DNA of 64,000 nt from Callorhinchus milii (lineage: Eukaryota): the NCBI RefSeq assembly GCF_018977255.1, contig NW_024704742.1, positions 62,684,001-62,748,000 of the forward strand. Reading direction: 5' to 3'. Position 1 is the stretch's first letter; each line of letters opens with the position of its first letter. Position numbers and translations under genes: made by a program. The notes beneath the pieces are model-generated. The model had not been told where the DNA came from and searched no databases. It worked only from the letters and a program-made list of their open reading frames with translations. Positions 24,149-37,345 of this stretch are shown here, piece by piece.

Positions 24149-25059
24149 CTATGTAAATACAACCTGGCCATGTTCTTCTCATTTGCCTCTTTCAGCTTCC
24201 GAGCTTGGACCCAACCCCCCACTTGTGTCTCAACAGCTCAAGCAAGCAACATTTTTTAGGAGAATGTCAGCCCTGTTCCCCAGGAGAAGGAGAAAGATGA
24301 TGAAGAGAAGGAAGAAGGGGGCAACCCAGGTCAACGATACAGAACAACAAAAACACCAAGGCCCTCCATCCCTCACCTGATATTACAGTCTCCAGAGCAA
24401 GCAATACAACTGCACAGCACTAATCAGATCAGAGGGCAAGGTAACTAATAGGGCAATACTTGATAGGGCACTAATCACAACACAGGTAAGGATGGATGAA
24501 GGAGGTAAGTGTTGCTGCACAGTGAAGCACCTTCAGAAGGAGATATCTTGAGTTGCAGCTGCAGCCTGTTCATGGATGAGGGGAGATGTGAGGTGCTGAG
24601 GTAACTGACCTTCCCTCTCTATCCTGGGAACAAACACCACCAAGGGGCCCCCTCACTTTCACTTTCAAACCAGTAAAGCATGCCCTTAGTCTGGCTGCTG
24701 AGCACACATTGGTTGGGAGCTGGGAAGAGGAAACATATCACACAGAATATTGACAGCATGTACTGTTGTCTTAGTGGAATGAATATTATACATATTTCAT
24801 ATTTAATATTATGCTTTTTTGATACCTAACTGTTGTCCTTGGTGTTTTCGTTGTTCTGTATGTTGACATTTCCTGCACAGATACAACAAAACACTGTGCC
24901 AAAGAGCCAGCATAGACACCATAGGCCTAATGGCCTTCTGTGCTATAAATTTCTACTGTTCATGATACACAGGAAAAATTATGGAATTCTCTATCTACAA
25001 GAAAAACAGGAAAATTCTCCTGGGAGGAAGGTAAGTGGGGTCACCTTGGAGATGAAGTG

Positions 25060-25160
25060 ACATTAGGAAAGTTTGCCAAACAGTGCATAACTTTCAATGG
25101 CAAGTTATGCGGTTTTAGCTGGTTAGATTCCAGTAGTAACCCTAATGAACAGTCTGGGGT
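25060..25160 (+). mobile_element. Unclassified structured retroposon, copy C (internal piece)
   Basis: CAATGGCAAGTTATGCGGTTTTAGCTGGTTAGATTCCAGTAGTA nearly equals 44541-44584. Confidence 0.75.
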
Positions 25161-25776
25161 ATAAAATTAATGCACTTTTTTTTCTCTTAACTCCCCAAAT
25201 TATGACAGGCTTAATAAACTTAATTTATAGTACGGAATTGGTTAGTACAGAATTGCAACCTCTCAAATGTCACTGTCTAATATCCTAGATAGAAGTGTTG
25301 TGGTTATATTTCCACAGATCTCTACCACACCTAATGAATGCAATTCAACAACATGGTATTTATATGGCTCCTGACAATACTATCAGTGATACTGAGTAAA
25401 TGCAACAACCCACATCCACATAAAGATGCTTCACTTTCCATTAAGTTGCATGTTATGTTTTTTAAGATTATTATTTAACAAAACTGTGAGCAAAGACCTA
25501 AAGGATATGAACACAAAACAAGGAGCCATCAAGCATGACTAGAGATTGGAAGAAATGTTCATTCCCACAAAGAACACAAGTGGAACAGTGTCCCATTGAA
25601 ATCAATTGAGAGAAACCAATACTGCTCATTGATACATGACAGGGTAAAGTTCGATTCTCCTACATTTCCCTTCTGAAGTTGTTTAATAAAATACAAGATA
25701 CTTGCTGCATGGAGACAATAGAATAAATAGAATATAACAAATATAACAAATAGGATATAGGAAGTGCAGAAGAGGT

Positions 25777-26856
25777 TTGAAAAAGGAAATAAGAGGGGCT
25801 AAAAGATTAAACCAAAAAAGGTTAGCGGGTAACATTAAAGGGAATTCTAAAATATTTTACAAACATATCAAGAAAAAAAGGCTAGTCAAAGGTAGGGTGG
25901 GGACAATTAAGGACCAAGGGGGAAATCTTATTGTGGAGGCAGAGGGCATGGCTGATGTGCTGAATGAATACTTTGCATCTATTTTCACAAAAGAAATGGA
26001 TGCACCAAATGCCGCAGTATTGGAGGAGAGGGTAGAGGAAATGGATAGGATAAGTATAAACAGAGAGGAAGTACTGAAAAGGTTGACTGCGCTGAAGGTA
26101 GATAAGTCGCCAGGTCCGGACGGGATGCAACCAAGGTTACTATGGGAGGCACGGGTACAAATAGTGGAGGCTTTGGCTACAATTTTTCAATCTTCGTTGG
26201 ACACAGGAGTGGTGCCAGAGGACTGGAGAGTGGCCAATGTGACTCCCCTGTACAAAAAGGGACAGAAGGACAAACCTGGGAACTACAGGCCAGTCAGCCT
26301 AACATCAGTAGTGGGGAAACTCCTGGAGACTATAATCCGGGACAGAATAAATCTTCACTTAGAAGAATATGGGTTAATTAGGGACAGCCAACATGGATTT
26401 GTTAAAGGCAAATCTTGTCCAACTAATCTAATAGAATTTTTTGATGAGGTAACGGAGAGGGTGGATAAAGGTAGTGCAGTTGATGTAGTTTATATGGACT
26501 TTCAAAAGACATTTGACAAAGTGCCACATGAAAGACTTGTAAGAAAGATAGAAGCCCATGGTATAAAAGGGAAAGTGGCAGCATGGATCCAGAACTGGCT
26601 GGGAGACAGAAAGCAGAGAGTTGTGGTGAACGGCTGCTTTTCTGACTGGAGGGAAGTGTACAGTGGCGTCCTCCAGGGATTGGTATTAGGACCACTGCTC
26701 TTCTTAATATACATAAATAATCTGGACTTGGTTATAGCAAGTACCATTTCCAAGTTTGCGGACGACACAAGGTTAGGTAGGGTAGTAAACAGTGAGAAGG
26801 ATAGTAGCCAACTGCAGGAAAACATAGACAGAATGGTAAAATGGGCAGATACATAA
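25777..26856 (+). pseudogene. CR1 ORF2 reverse transcriptase (truncated, premature stop)
   Basis: KSPGPDG, NYRPVSLTS, QHGF, YMDFQKTFDKVPH, SGVLQGLVLGPLLF, KFADDT; stop after KWADT, frameshifts downstream. Confidence 0.95.
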
Positions 26857-27271
26857 CAGATGAATTTCAATGTGGAGAAATACGAGGTAATGCATTTTGG
26901 TAGAAAGAATGAGGGGAGGCAATATAGGCCGGTAATACAATCTTAAGGGGGGTAAAAGAACAGAGAGACCTGAGTGTGCAGGTAAATTAATCCTTAAAGG
27001 TGGCAGGACAGGTAGATAAAGCTGTAAAAAAGGACATATGGGATATTAGGCTTTATAAATAGGGGCATAGAATACAAGAGTCAGGAGGTTATGATTAACC
27101 TATATAAAACACTGGTTAGGCCTCAGTTAGAATACTGTGCCCAGTTCTGGGCACCACACTATAGGAAGCATGTTAAGGCATTGGAAAGGGTGCAGAGGAG
27201 ATTCACGAGGATGGTACCAGGAATAAGGGACCTTGATTATGATGAAAGGCTGGAGAGGTTGGGATTATTCT

Positions 27272-27594
27272 TGTGGAGTCCTTTAGCTCAGTGGTTAGAG
27301 CACTCGCTTTGCAAGCGAGAGACCTGCGTTCAATTCCAGGCAGAGCGAAACCTTGGGCAAGTTTCCTTACTCTACACGCCTAATAATAATCCCTCCAAAA
27401 CCAAAAACAATAATAACTTGGTCACTTTCAATCTACAACTATTTGTGGGACATTGCTGTGCGCAATTCGCTGCCGCGTTCGCCCACAAATATAAAGTCAA
27501 TTCACTTTACAGTGTGTTCTGTGAAGCGCTTTGGGACGTCCTCCTGACGTGAAAAGCGCTGTATCAAATGCAAGGATTATTATTATTATTATTA
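27272..27594 (+). mobile_element. tRNA-derived SINE, short form, nested in CR1
   Basis: Highly similar to 5374-5696; TATTCT duplicated at 27266-27271 and 27595-27600; CR1 frame resumes FSLEQRRL. Confidence 0.95.
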
Positions 27595-28419
27595 TATTCT
27601 CATTGGAGCAGAGAAGGTTAGGAGGAGACCTAATAGAGGTCTTCAAAATCATGAGGGGATTTGATAGGTTAGAAAGGGAAAAACTGTTTCCACTGGTGGG
27701 TGTGTCGGTGGCTCGAGGTCACAGATTCAGATAGTCTCTGAAAGAAGCAGAAGGGAGGTGAGAAGAAATTTTTTCATGCAGCGAGTTGTTCAAATCTGGA
27801 ACGCATTGCCTGAAAGGGCGGTCGAGGCCGATTCGATAACTACTTTTAAAAACGCTGTGGACGGGTATTTGAGGAGGACGGGTTACCAGGGTTATGGGGA
27901 AAGGGCTGGGAAGTGGGACTGACATTAATTGTTCTATTCAAAGAGCCGGCACAAACTCGATGGGCCGAATGGCCTCTTTTTGTGCTGTACAATTCTATGA
28001 TTCTAATAGACACTGCAGCAGTAAATTCCTAAACTTCTCATTTTGATTTAATAATTTTGTTCTGTCAAATGATTTAAAAGAACTTTTTCACTTCATCTGA
28101 TCTTCGTTAGCCTCACAGTTCTCATCCATAAATGACAAATCAAATTAAACGTACCATGATTGCACAACTTCAAGACTTACATTAAACTTATATTGTTACA
28201 AGTCTGATTTAACCAATGTACTAGAAGAAAACTAAATCACATTAAAATGAGGGCTGGCAAGCACAAAGGCAGACTTTCAGGCACATCCCAAAAGCTGTTT
28301 AATTATAAAAGCACAACTAATTTAGTGAATACACCAATTACAATTCACATCTGAGAAGCTTCATTACTGTGGATACTTGACATAGAGGACCGATTAAAAA
28401 ATAATAATAGTTCATGAAT

Positions 28420-28790
28420 TTGTTAATGCACCTAATCGCTTGACTGTATTTAAAGGCGAATTCAGCAGCCAATTTGCATGCAAGGCAATGTTCCACAAAC
28501 AGCCATGGTGTGAATGACCAAGGTTTTCTGGGGATCCGTTGGCCAGGACACCGGGATAAATTTGCTTCTCTTTTTCAATACTGCCATGGGATCTTTTAAC
28601 GTTCACCTGAACAGGCAAACAGGACCTCAGTTTAATGTCGCATTCGAAGATGTGAACCTCTGACAGTGCAGCATACCCTCAACCCTGCATTCAAGTATCA
28701 GCCTAGACCAAGCTCAAAGTCCTAATTTGGCGCTCAAACCTACAACCTTCTGACTCAGAGACTAGAGTGCTACCAATTACGCCAAGCTAC
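28420..28790 (-). mobile_element. Deu-domain tRNA-SINE
   Basis: GCCATGGGATCTTTTAACGTTCACCTGAACAGGCA, ACAACCTTCTGACTCAGAG, GAGTGCTACCAA. Confidence 0.8.
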
Positions 28791-30039
28791 GATACACAGG
28801 ATAGGAATTTAAAAGAACAGAGTGTAGAGATTTCAGACGATGGAAAGAACATTAATACCAAACTAAATACTAAATTAAATACTGTAAAACTGAATAAGAT
28901 CAGTTCTGATTTCCACTTATATTTCTGGACGTCTTATCTCTTAGTACTGGGAGAACGGCTTTCCCACTTCACTGATGTTATGTATTTAAAACATAATTTA
29001 TTTGCTTACGTATTTTATTTTGAAATGTGAAAGGTGCTATACTGAATGCAACAGTTAGTATTATTATTTGTATTATTCTCAGCCCAGGTCGTCCAGTGTT
29101 GAATAGTACATATTACCTTGTGTAATGTGTATGAAAACACGGTACTTTAATATCTCTGAAACATTGGGAAAGGGAGATTTATCCTATCAAGGGCTGATTA
29201 ATCACAGGGTACCTCTTAACCAACAGTTCAGTTTGGGTTTGGAGATATGCAATCTTATAATTCCAACCTATTCCTCTCATCTCTGATAATTTAGTGGCTA
29301 TGATTTCATACAGTGAGAGCTACATTTTTGAACAATCTAGCTGACTCTGTTTGCTCATCCTTAGTGGGGATCTCGATTACTTTCCAACTGTAAACTAGAT
29401 CCATCCAATAATGCTCTCCTGTGGCCTCACATGGTAGAAGATAAACAGTTCACTTTAAGGCTGAGGATTTGTTTTGACTCTGATATTCGATCCAAAACAC
29501 AGATTGGTAGTGAGCTTCGGGAATACTGTATTATCTGGGCCTTGTGAACAACTTCTAAATAGACAGATTGTCTGGCACTACTCTTCAGTCTTTATATTCT
29601 GAGCAATCTTCTGAATAACACATCCTCCCTCCCTCCTTCCCCATGAGCAAGTTGCCCTATTCAAACAATGAAAGTGATTAACTCTCCAGCACCTGGATTT
29701 AGTGGAGGAGACTGATATTTTCTTTGAATTGTTAGTGCTTGATAGATAATGAGAAATTCTATCAGTGACGAACAGCCTCCTGGCTCCACCCCCAGCACAT
29801 GAGCGCAGCCAATACTGTGAAGCACTTTGTGATATTCTCCTGATATTAAAGGCTCTATATAAATGTATTGTATAATATATACCTCTCAGGTTGGTAAGAA
29901 CAGTTCCCAATTCTCCAAGTAGTATCTGATCAAAGTCCTGCACAACTTGAACGCAAGGTATGATCTGAATTCCATTAGTTTTGCAACATAACCTTTGCCT
30001 CACTTACTGCTGCCTCACAATGTTTGCAAAAGGATGTCT

Positions 30040-30580
30040 TAGTTGAGAGTACTAAGAGCATTGTGCACAGTTCTGGTTGCTGCAGTACAAAAAGGATATC
30101 GGAGAAATCGAGAAGATACAGATGAAGGCAACCAAAAATGATTGAGAGAATGGAAGGACTGGATCATGAGGAGCGACTAAGTAAATTGGGCATGTTCATG
30201 CTGGAAAGGAGAAGATTGAGAGGCAACATGTTTGTTGTCTTTAAGATTCTAAAGGGGATAGACAATATAGATCATAACGGGCTGTTTCAACTTGTCCAGA
30301 ATAGTAAAACCAGAGGATACAGCCTGCGATTGAAGGGGGATATATTCAGAACAAATTTACTCAAACACTATTTCAGTGAGCGAATAGTGAACCTATGGAG
30401 ACGGTTGAAACAGGATGTGTGATTCTTTTAAACACAGATTAGATAGTTTTCTTTTAGGAAATAACATTATGGGATATCGTAAATAGGTAGTTTGGGATAT
30501 ATGTGCATGCGACCACCAGGAAGGTGGAAGGTGAACTAGATGGACTTTGGTCATTTTTCGTCTTAGCATTTCTTATGTTG
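30040..30580 (+). mobile_element. CR1 3' fragment, second family
   Basis: ORF GLDHEERLSKLGMFMLERRRLRGNM...TRGYSLRL; 3' UTR GGTGGAAGGTGAACTAGATGGAC shared with 60443-60710 and ~13300-13380. Confidence 0.85.
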
Positions 30581-31439
30581 ATGACCTCCTAGGGCATTAG
30601 ATTCCAGATTATGAATAAAGCTCTGTTTTACTGTATAAAACATATCAATTCTATTATCAATAAACACCTTAATAAAATCATTCCTTAACCACCTGAATCC
30701 AACAGCGGCATGGCTTGACACCTAGATGAAAGTGTGTGGTGTGGGGGAGGGGGGGTTCATGGGCTAGAGGCAACCATCTCCTCCTTCAGTGCCTTCAGTC
30801 ATCTCTCTGGAAAAAAGATGACTGAAGGCACAGTCTTTACGTATAATTGGAAAACAGACAAAGGGATTGAGGCAGTGAGTTCTAGAGATTTGTGGCATAG
30901 TGGCTGAAAGCATGACCCTCCTCCGTTACATTTAGCACAATTTCCCCTTTAAATCCCTGTATGGTATTGCTGGTTACTTGTTTGTGGGAAACTGACATGT
31001 GCATTTGCCTACAGATACTATAGCAGTCATTTACAGTAATTCTTGTTAAGGAAACTTTGACAACATCATAAGATTATTATCATGATGAATATATCACATA
31101 ATGAATTTTTCACGCCAGTAGGCTGAAATCCGATTTCATAGAGTTCTTCCATCCATTCAAATACCTCTCCATTCCTAGTAATTTTGTCCAAACAAATCCG
31201 CCAATTGTTTTATATTTAAACCATTATCTGAAAAATTATTGAACCCAGGTCCTCTCACTTGTGATGCGAATGGTCTAGCCAATACGCTACAGTACTCCAC
31301 ATTTTAGATTGTTTTAGACTGTGCCTTCTGGTTTCAAATCTGAAGATCACAACCAAATTGCAACAAAAAAAGCAATGCGGGTTTCCAGAAATTGTCACGT
31401 TATTATAAGCAACTCCTCCAATATCTCAAGTTACTGAAG

Positions 31440-31850
31440 CCATTCATTGCCTGATGTAAAAATTAACCAAGCTGATCTAGAAGATCCAGGTTCAATTCCT
31501 GCTACTTTGCTGAGTGGAGTTAGTTCACACTGGGCATCATCTGGGATCTCTGCTGTTTGGATTGGTGCCGATCGACTGGGGAGAAGATAAATTTGAAGTC
31601 TCCCTCTTGAAAGATATCCGGTGCTCACATCTTCCTGGATGTGAGGTTGTTGGTTGAGGACAGGAATTGTGTTCGCAGTGATACTTCCCATAGTTGACAC
31701 CCTTTGATTTATATCACTCATAAAGAATGGGCACCTGGTGATGTGCAGGATTGGAACCCAGTGTCAATGGAAACTATACAGTGGCACATTAGCACAAGTC
31801 AGCAGCTTTAGAAAAGGAGGGGAGAAAATTGAAGGAGAAAAACAAAGCAA
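31440..31850 (+). mobile_element. Ancient tRNA-SINE-like repeat
   Basis: B-box-like CCAGGTTCAATTCC, TGAGGACAGGA, CACTCATAAAGAATGGGCAC, A-rich end. Confidence 0.55.
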
Positions 31851-32056
31851 ATATGAATTTGTATTCTGAATTGTGACAATCTTCTATATTTCATGTTTTA
31901 ACTCTACCCTGTCAAAATTTTCAGTAAATTCTGCTTACAGTTTTCCAGTAGTGTAAACATTCATCATTTGTAGGACATCATTTAAAATGTTACCCATGAA
32001 TATGGTGCTTCTACAGCTAGGACTGCCCTTCCCATTAGGGCTTTGACTCAACAGCA

Positions 32057-32381
32057 TTAATAATAATAATAATAATCCTTGCATTTAATATAGCACTTTT
32101 CACGTCGGGAGGACGTCCCAAAGCGCTTCACGGAACACACTGTAAAGTGAATTGACTGTATATTTGTGGGCGAACGCGGCAGCCAATTGCGCACAACAAT
32201 GTCCCACAGTCGTAGATTGAAAATGACCAATTTATTATTGTTTTTGGTTTTGGAGGGATTATTATTATGCATGTGGAGTAAGGAAACTTGTCCAAGGTTT
32301 CGCCCTGACCTGCCTGGAATTGATCTCAGGTCCCTCACTTGCAAAGCGAGTGCTCTAACCACTGAGCTACAGGACTCCACA
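32057..32381 (-). mobile_element. tRNA-derived SINE, short form
   Basis: Reverse complement of 5374-5696 with (TAA)n tail. Confidence 0.95.
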
Positions 32382-32659
32382 AAGGAGTCATTGAGGACAT
32401 GTCCGCACCTCCAAGTTTCATCAATGAGACAGTCCGACTGATCAGGAATCAACAATACATGACACTATGGCAGACTTGCCTTGGGGCCAGCTGAACCCTG
32501 GATCGACCTCATTTACCTGCTTTCCTTCCTTCCTTCTCTCAAGGATGATAACTTGCGGTATGTCTTAAACTTTTTCAAGAAATCCTGCATAATTCTCAGT
32601 GTGCTAAAGAGTTCAGTATCGAATTTCCTACAGTCTAAGCAACCACTCCAATGCAGTAC

Positions 32660-32823
32660 TACAGGGTCTCCTTGGAACTGAACTGGCTCCAAGGTGACAT
32701 GCTTGGAAACGGAATGTTGGAATCGATCCAGCCCTCTGTGGTGGTTTCAGTCATCTGGATCCTGAGCCACGGGGGTCCACACTATTCCAAGACACTGCTG
32801 ATGACAGCACAGCCAGCCTGGAC
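32660..32823 (+). mobile_element. Unclassified structured retroposon, copy D (5' part), inside a Deu SINE (~32620-33155)
   Basis: GGGTCTCCTTGGAACTGAACTGGCTCCAAGGTGACATGCTTG, collinear with 44224-44380; host SINE reads CAGTACT|...|GATGGTGTGCTGCA around it. Confidence 0.8.
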
Positions 32824-33729
32824 TGATGGTGTGCTGCATTTTCAGAGATCTTGTCCTTTGGAAGAGCTGTGAAACTGAGGTCCCAACTGCCTATTCAGGT
32901 GGTTGTTAAAGATCCCATGGCACTATTCAAAAAGAGAAGGGAATTTATCCCAGTGTCTTGGCCAACAATCTCCTAAATAAAATTGGTCATTCATTTCATA
33001 GGTGTTTGTGGGACATTGCTATGCGCAAATTGGCTGCCACATTCGCCTACAAATACACAGTGAATCATCTTTACAGTCTGTCCTGCAGAGTACTTTGGGA
33101 CGTCCTCCTGACATGAAGGTGTGATATCAAAAGTAAGGATTATTTATCATTATTATTCAATAATTCTAAGAAGCCATTTGCTTATAGAAACATGAGGGTA
33201 GAGACTTTTCATCTTTCTGTAGGAAGATTCTGAATTTTGCTACATCTTTTTCTGGTACCAGATTGGAGATGAATGAAACATTAGAAGAAACCAGTGTCCT
33301 GCCACTCCACTTCATTTGATCTCCAACGCATAGTGTTGCTGTATTGCACGAATGATATTTTAAATTCAATCAACATTATTCTGCATTTAAAGGGTATCTT
33401 TAGGGAAGACTTAACCTTTAGAGATATAGATTGGATCAGACTCACTCTATGTTGATAAGGAAACAAGAGTGGAAATTAAAAACATTGATAAAATGAAATT
33501 ATAATAATAATCCTTGCATTTCATATAAGGTCTTATCATATCTTCGATATTAACAGTAATTCTGTCCAAATTAGACACCCAAAACAGTAAATCCTGTGAA
33601 GTGCTTTGGGATGTCCTCCTGTCGTGAAAGGCAATACACCAAATGTAAGGATTATTTATTATTATTGTTAAAAATTCCATAACCACACATTGCCTGAGGT
33701 GAATTATGCTGAATTATAGGATGTGGGGG

Positions 33730-34228
33730 TTAGTCTCACACAAAACTCATCACCATGCTTAAGACTATCCAAAACAGACTGAGAGTTCCACATATGTATG
33801 TTACCTACACGTGGAAGTTTTCCTATATCTGTAACAGAATGTGCACTCTCTTCCTGGAAGGATACATCCTGCTTACCTAATTGTGGAGAGTATACGGCAC
33901 AGGTTGGCGAGAGTCAAGGATTGGTGTGTGTTAGGGTACTGCTGGAGTTTAACCAGATAATACTGCACAGCTTGCGATTGAAAATCCTATCACATCACTG
34001 CTTGTCCAGCCAGTACTACTTTACCTATTAGGTCTTTGGCTGCAGTGTTAACATGAGCTGAGTGGGAAGAATCCCTGCTCCGTGGCTGGCCTCTCTGTCA
34101 TCAACAGGGCCAAGGAATACTGCAGAACCACCTGGCTCAGGATCAGAGTACTGTGCCTACCACAGATGGTTGATTCGTGTCTGATATTCTGCAGCCAAGC
34201 AAGTCACCTTTCAGCCAGCTCAGCTGAA
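33730..34228 (-). mobile_element. Unclassified structured retroposon, copy E (near full length, diverged)
   Basis: CCATGCTTAAGACTATCCAAA, TGCTTACCTAATT, GTACTGCTGGAGTTTAACCAG, GAGCTGAGTGGG, GTCACCTTTCAGCCAGCTCAGCT are reverse complements of motifs in 44203-44816. Confidence 0.8.
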
Positions 34229-35589
34229 TTATTGTGAGTGTTGTGTTGTGGACCTGATTCCATGAGGATTTGGGCTGAGATTATTCAAACACATTTCGGA
34301 TAAAACGTAACGAGAAGAGCAAATCTCGTAGCTCAGTGATCCGGGCTGGATTCCAGCTCAGACTGTCGAAGTTAAAAGGCAATCTACTTCTGTCCACTGC
34401 ACCTCTGCAGCTATAATTTTCATCCAATCTGACAGCGAGTGGGAGATTCGTGGCATTTCATAATGTATTCAATGTGTTTCTGCACCCCAGCTAATTGACT
34501 TGAAGATCCTTGATCTTATTCAATGCAATCTCCATTTATATAGTACCATTCATGTTGTGAGGACATCTCAAACTGCTTAAAGATGAACATTTTTATCTCC
34601 AAATCCCTCCAGGTACTTGCCTTATTCTATCGCTGCAGTCTTCTCCAGTTCCATTCTCTGCACCCTTTATTTCCTTTGTTCCACAAACTCGAATCTGCTA
34701 AATGTCACTCCAACACCCCACTATTTTTTCCTTATTTTAAAGAGGAATAACTGCTGCATGAGATTTCACCTGCATTGAGATCTTCAGCTCTGATAAGTGC
34801 AACACCAGGAAGACCCAGCAGCAACGACTTATTGTGAGGTTAAAAAAATTACACAAACTTTGAGAGTAAAAATATGTCTTTCAGACATTTTCTGGGCCTC
34901 TGTCGCTGTGGCAGCTTTAACTTATTAATTGTGTGCATTGCTTTAACGATGAAAACAAATTAAAAAATAGTTAACTGGATGGTAGATTCATTAGTTCCAC
35001 ATCATCACAAATCCTATCATTCTGAATAGTCAGACGCAACAGAACATGGCACAGGATGTGAAACAGCAGTTGTTCAGCACACGACTATCCTCAAACCAAA
35101 CAAAATAACAGACTGCAAGCTGGCTAAACAACAACAGCAACTTACATTTGTACAGCACCCTTCACATAAAATAACATCTTGGAGCACTTTACAGTGGCAG
35201 AGACGAATTAGGGGGATGGAAAAGGGAGAAGGGGAGATGACCCTTAGCAAAGTCGATGGTCACCTCCCTCTTCTCACTCCTCCTTCCTTTCTCTTTTTCT
35301 CAGCATCTGGTGGCTCTATCCTTGTGAAGTATTGCGAGATGTTATCTATCTCTAGTGAGCAAGTTATTGTATCTATTATTGAGGTGGAAATTGGAAAGGG
35401 TACTTCAAAGCGTAGTCTTTCTTCAAAAAAATGTTTCAGAATAGATTCATTGTATATTTAGACTTACATATGGCTATAGTATCCAATATAGCATTTTCTC
35501 ATTCAAAAATATAGTCAGTCGGTGCTCATTTTTGATCGTTAGTCTTGACAATTTTAAAGACTTGATCTCAATTGAATGAGAAAATGGCC

Positions 35590-35750
35590 ACACCATGTTT
35601 ACCAGAAGTATAGAACATTTCTGGCTTCTGGTGATGACTAGCTGGTTCCATGTACATATGCAGATACTTAGGATCAAGTGGAAAGATGAAATATTGAACA
35701 AGATAATTAAAGACTCAACAAAGTGGCTATCTGAGATCATAAGATCCTAT
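35590..35750 (+). mobile_element. Possible RTE LINE relic
   Basis: FHVHMQILRIKWKDEILN resembles the RTE motif FH..CLR.IL.I.W.D.I.N. Confidence 0.45.
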
Positions 35751-36029
35751 GCTCAGTATCAAAGAACCCCATCAATGTGCCACAAACGGCAGCCAAACAA
35801 CAACAACAACATTATATTTTTATAGCGCCTTTCATGTTGGGAAGACATCCCAACAACAAAGGAAACATGGCAAGCCAAGATTTATTTGGCAAAGTACTGC
35901 AGGGACCTCTGCGCTGACAGCACTTCAAAGAGGCACTGTAGCTGGCCAAAAACATAATGAAATGGAAGAGGCTCATGATGGCCTAGTGTGAGCATATGAC
36001 AGGATTCAAAGAGATCCTTATGCTTTGTC

Positions 36030-36230
36030 CTCCACTGCCAATCTAATGCCAGTATTCACAACTTGTGACAATTTGGATGCTCATGAGGTATTAGACTGAG
36101 ACTGCCCACACCCATTTCTTGCAGGACCGTTACAGTTAGCATATGGAAGAAACTTTTCATCCATCAGACGAATTTCAGCCTATTAGTCTCAGAGGTGAAA
36201 GGAGGCTCTGCCCTACTGTGCCATAAACTC
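36030..36230 (-). mobile_element. LF-SINE-like relic
   Basis: Minus strand CTTTCACCTCTGAGAC...CTGATGGATGAAAAG...GCTAACTGTAACGGTCCT...GAAATGGGTGTGGGCAGTCTCAG...GGCATTAGATTGGCA follows the recalled LF-SINE motif order. Confidence 0.6.
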
Positions 36231-37139
36231 TGTCCATTGTGCGTTAATTAATTTCTTTCCCCCTGGAGAATTTAGTAACTCCTCACAGCCTGCTCTTTCA
36301 ATGAGCTTAGAGCTATGGTTCAACAGCAATTCACATTCCTACAGTGCCTTTCAAATAAAAAGAATGACTCAAACAGCATTGCAGAACAAGATTAATGAAA
36401 AATAAAAAGATTGCTGTCATGGAGTCAAACATGGAACCTAATTTACCCCAGCAATTTTGTATAAACTAAGAAATGCATAGCTAATTCATTTTAATTTTTA
36501 TTTGGTAGGGAATTTATTTAAGAGGAGGTGACGGTACTGGGAAGAAAGAATCAAAGTTGAGATGTGTGCTTTTTTCATTTCTACAGTTTAGCACACAAGT
36601 GAGCTATGTGCAATGAATAGACAAGCTAGGACTCTTCAATTTCAAGAAAAGATGTCTTAGAAAGGGATCTTATGGAGGTGCGCAAAATTTTACTTGGGAT
36701 TGAAAACTTAAGATCAGAACAATAAGTTAGGATGCACTAAGAGAGTAGAACAAGGGGACATAAGTTCATTATTACAGATGGTAATTAATAACTGGAACAG
36801 ATTGCCAGGAAGGGTGGTTGAGAAATGTAAGTTATTGATGTGGGAAAAAAGGAACTTCCCAGGGAGTGATACTAGCGAAGGTTTGGTTTACGCCTGTCAA
36901 CTGAAAGGTTTGCAAAGAATGTGGAAACCTTATATTTGGAGAGAAACCTAATTAAAATAGGGAGAAAAAAATGCTTTCTTGAGAAAAACCATGGTAACAA
37001 AGAACTTCATGCTTCAACAGCAGATTATAATTATTAATAAACTTTCCATTTGATATAGTGCCTTTCACGTCAGGACATCTCAAAATGCTCACAGAATTTA
37101 CTGTAAACTGCAGATCAGGTCCAACTGGCAGCCCACAAG

Positions 37140-37345
37140 CCAATATCATCCGTCCCATCCCTCCATTTCATCCGCCCCATCCCTCCATTTCATCTGCCCC
37201 CTTCCTCCCTCTATTCATCCACCCCCTCCCTTCCTTCATGTCATCCTGCTCCTCCGTCCACAATGTCATCCAGCCCCTCACTCCATTTCATCCACCCGCC
37301 CCCTCCCTCCATTTCATCTGTCCCACCCCCTTCCTCCATAACTCC
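37140..37345. repeat. C/T-rich low-complexity repeat (CCCTCCATTTCATC-like unit recurring)
   Basis: CTCCATTTCATC at ~37162, 37183, 37282, 37307. Confidence 0.7.

Larger units (their letters stand above)
25750..28005 (+). mobile_element. 5'-truncated CR1 LINE interrupted by a SINE
   Basis: RT ORF, C-terminal LYKTLVRPQLEYCAQFWAPHY, 3' UTR GATGGGCCGAATGGCCT and (ATTCTATG) tail at 27992-28005. Confidence 0.96.
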
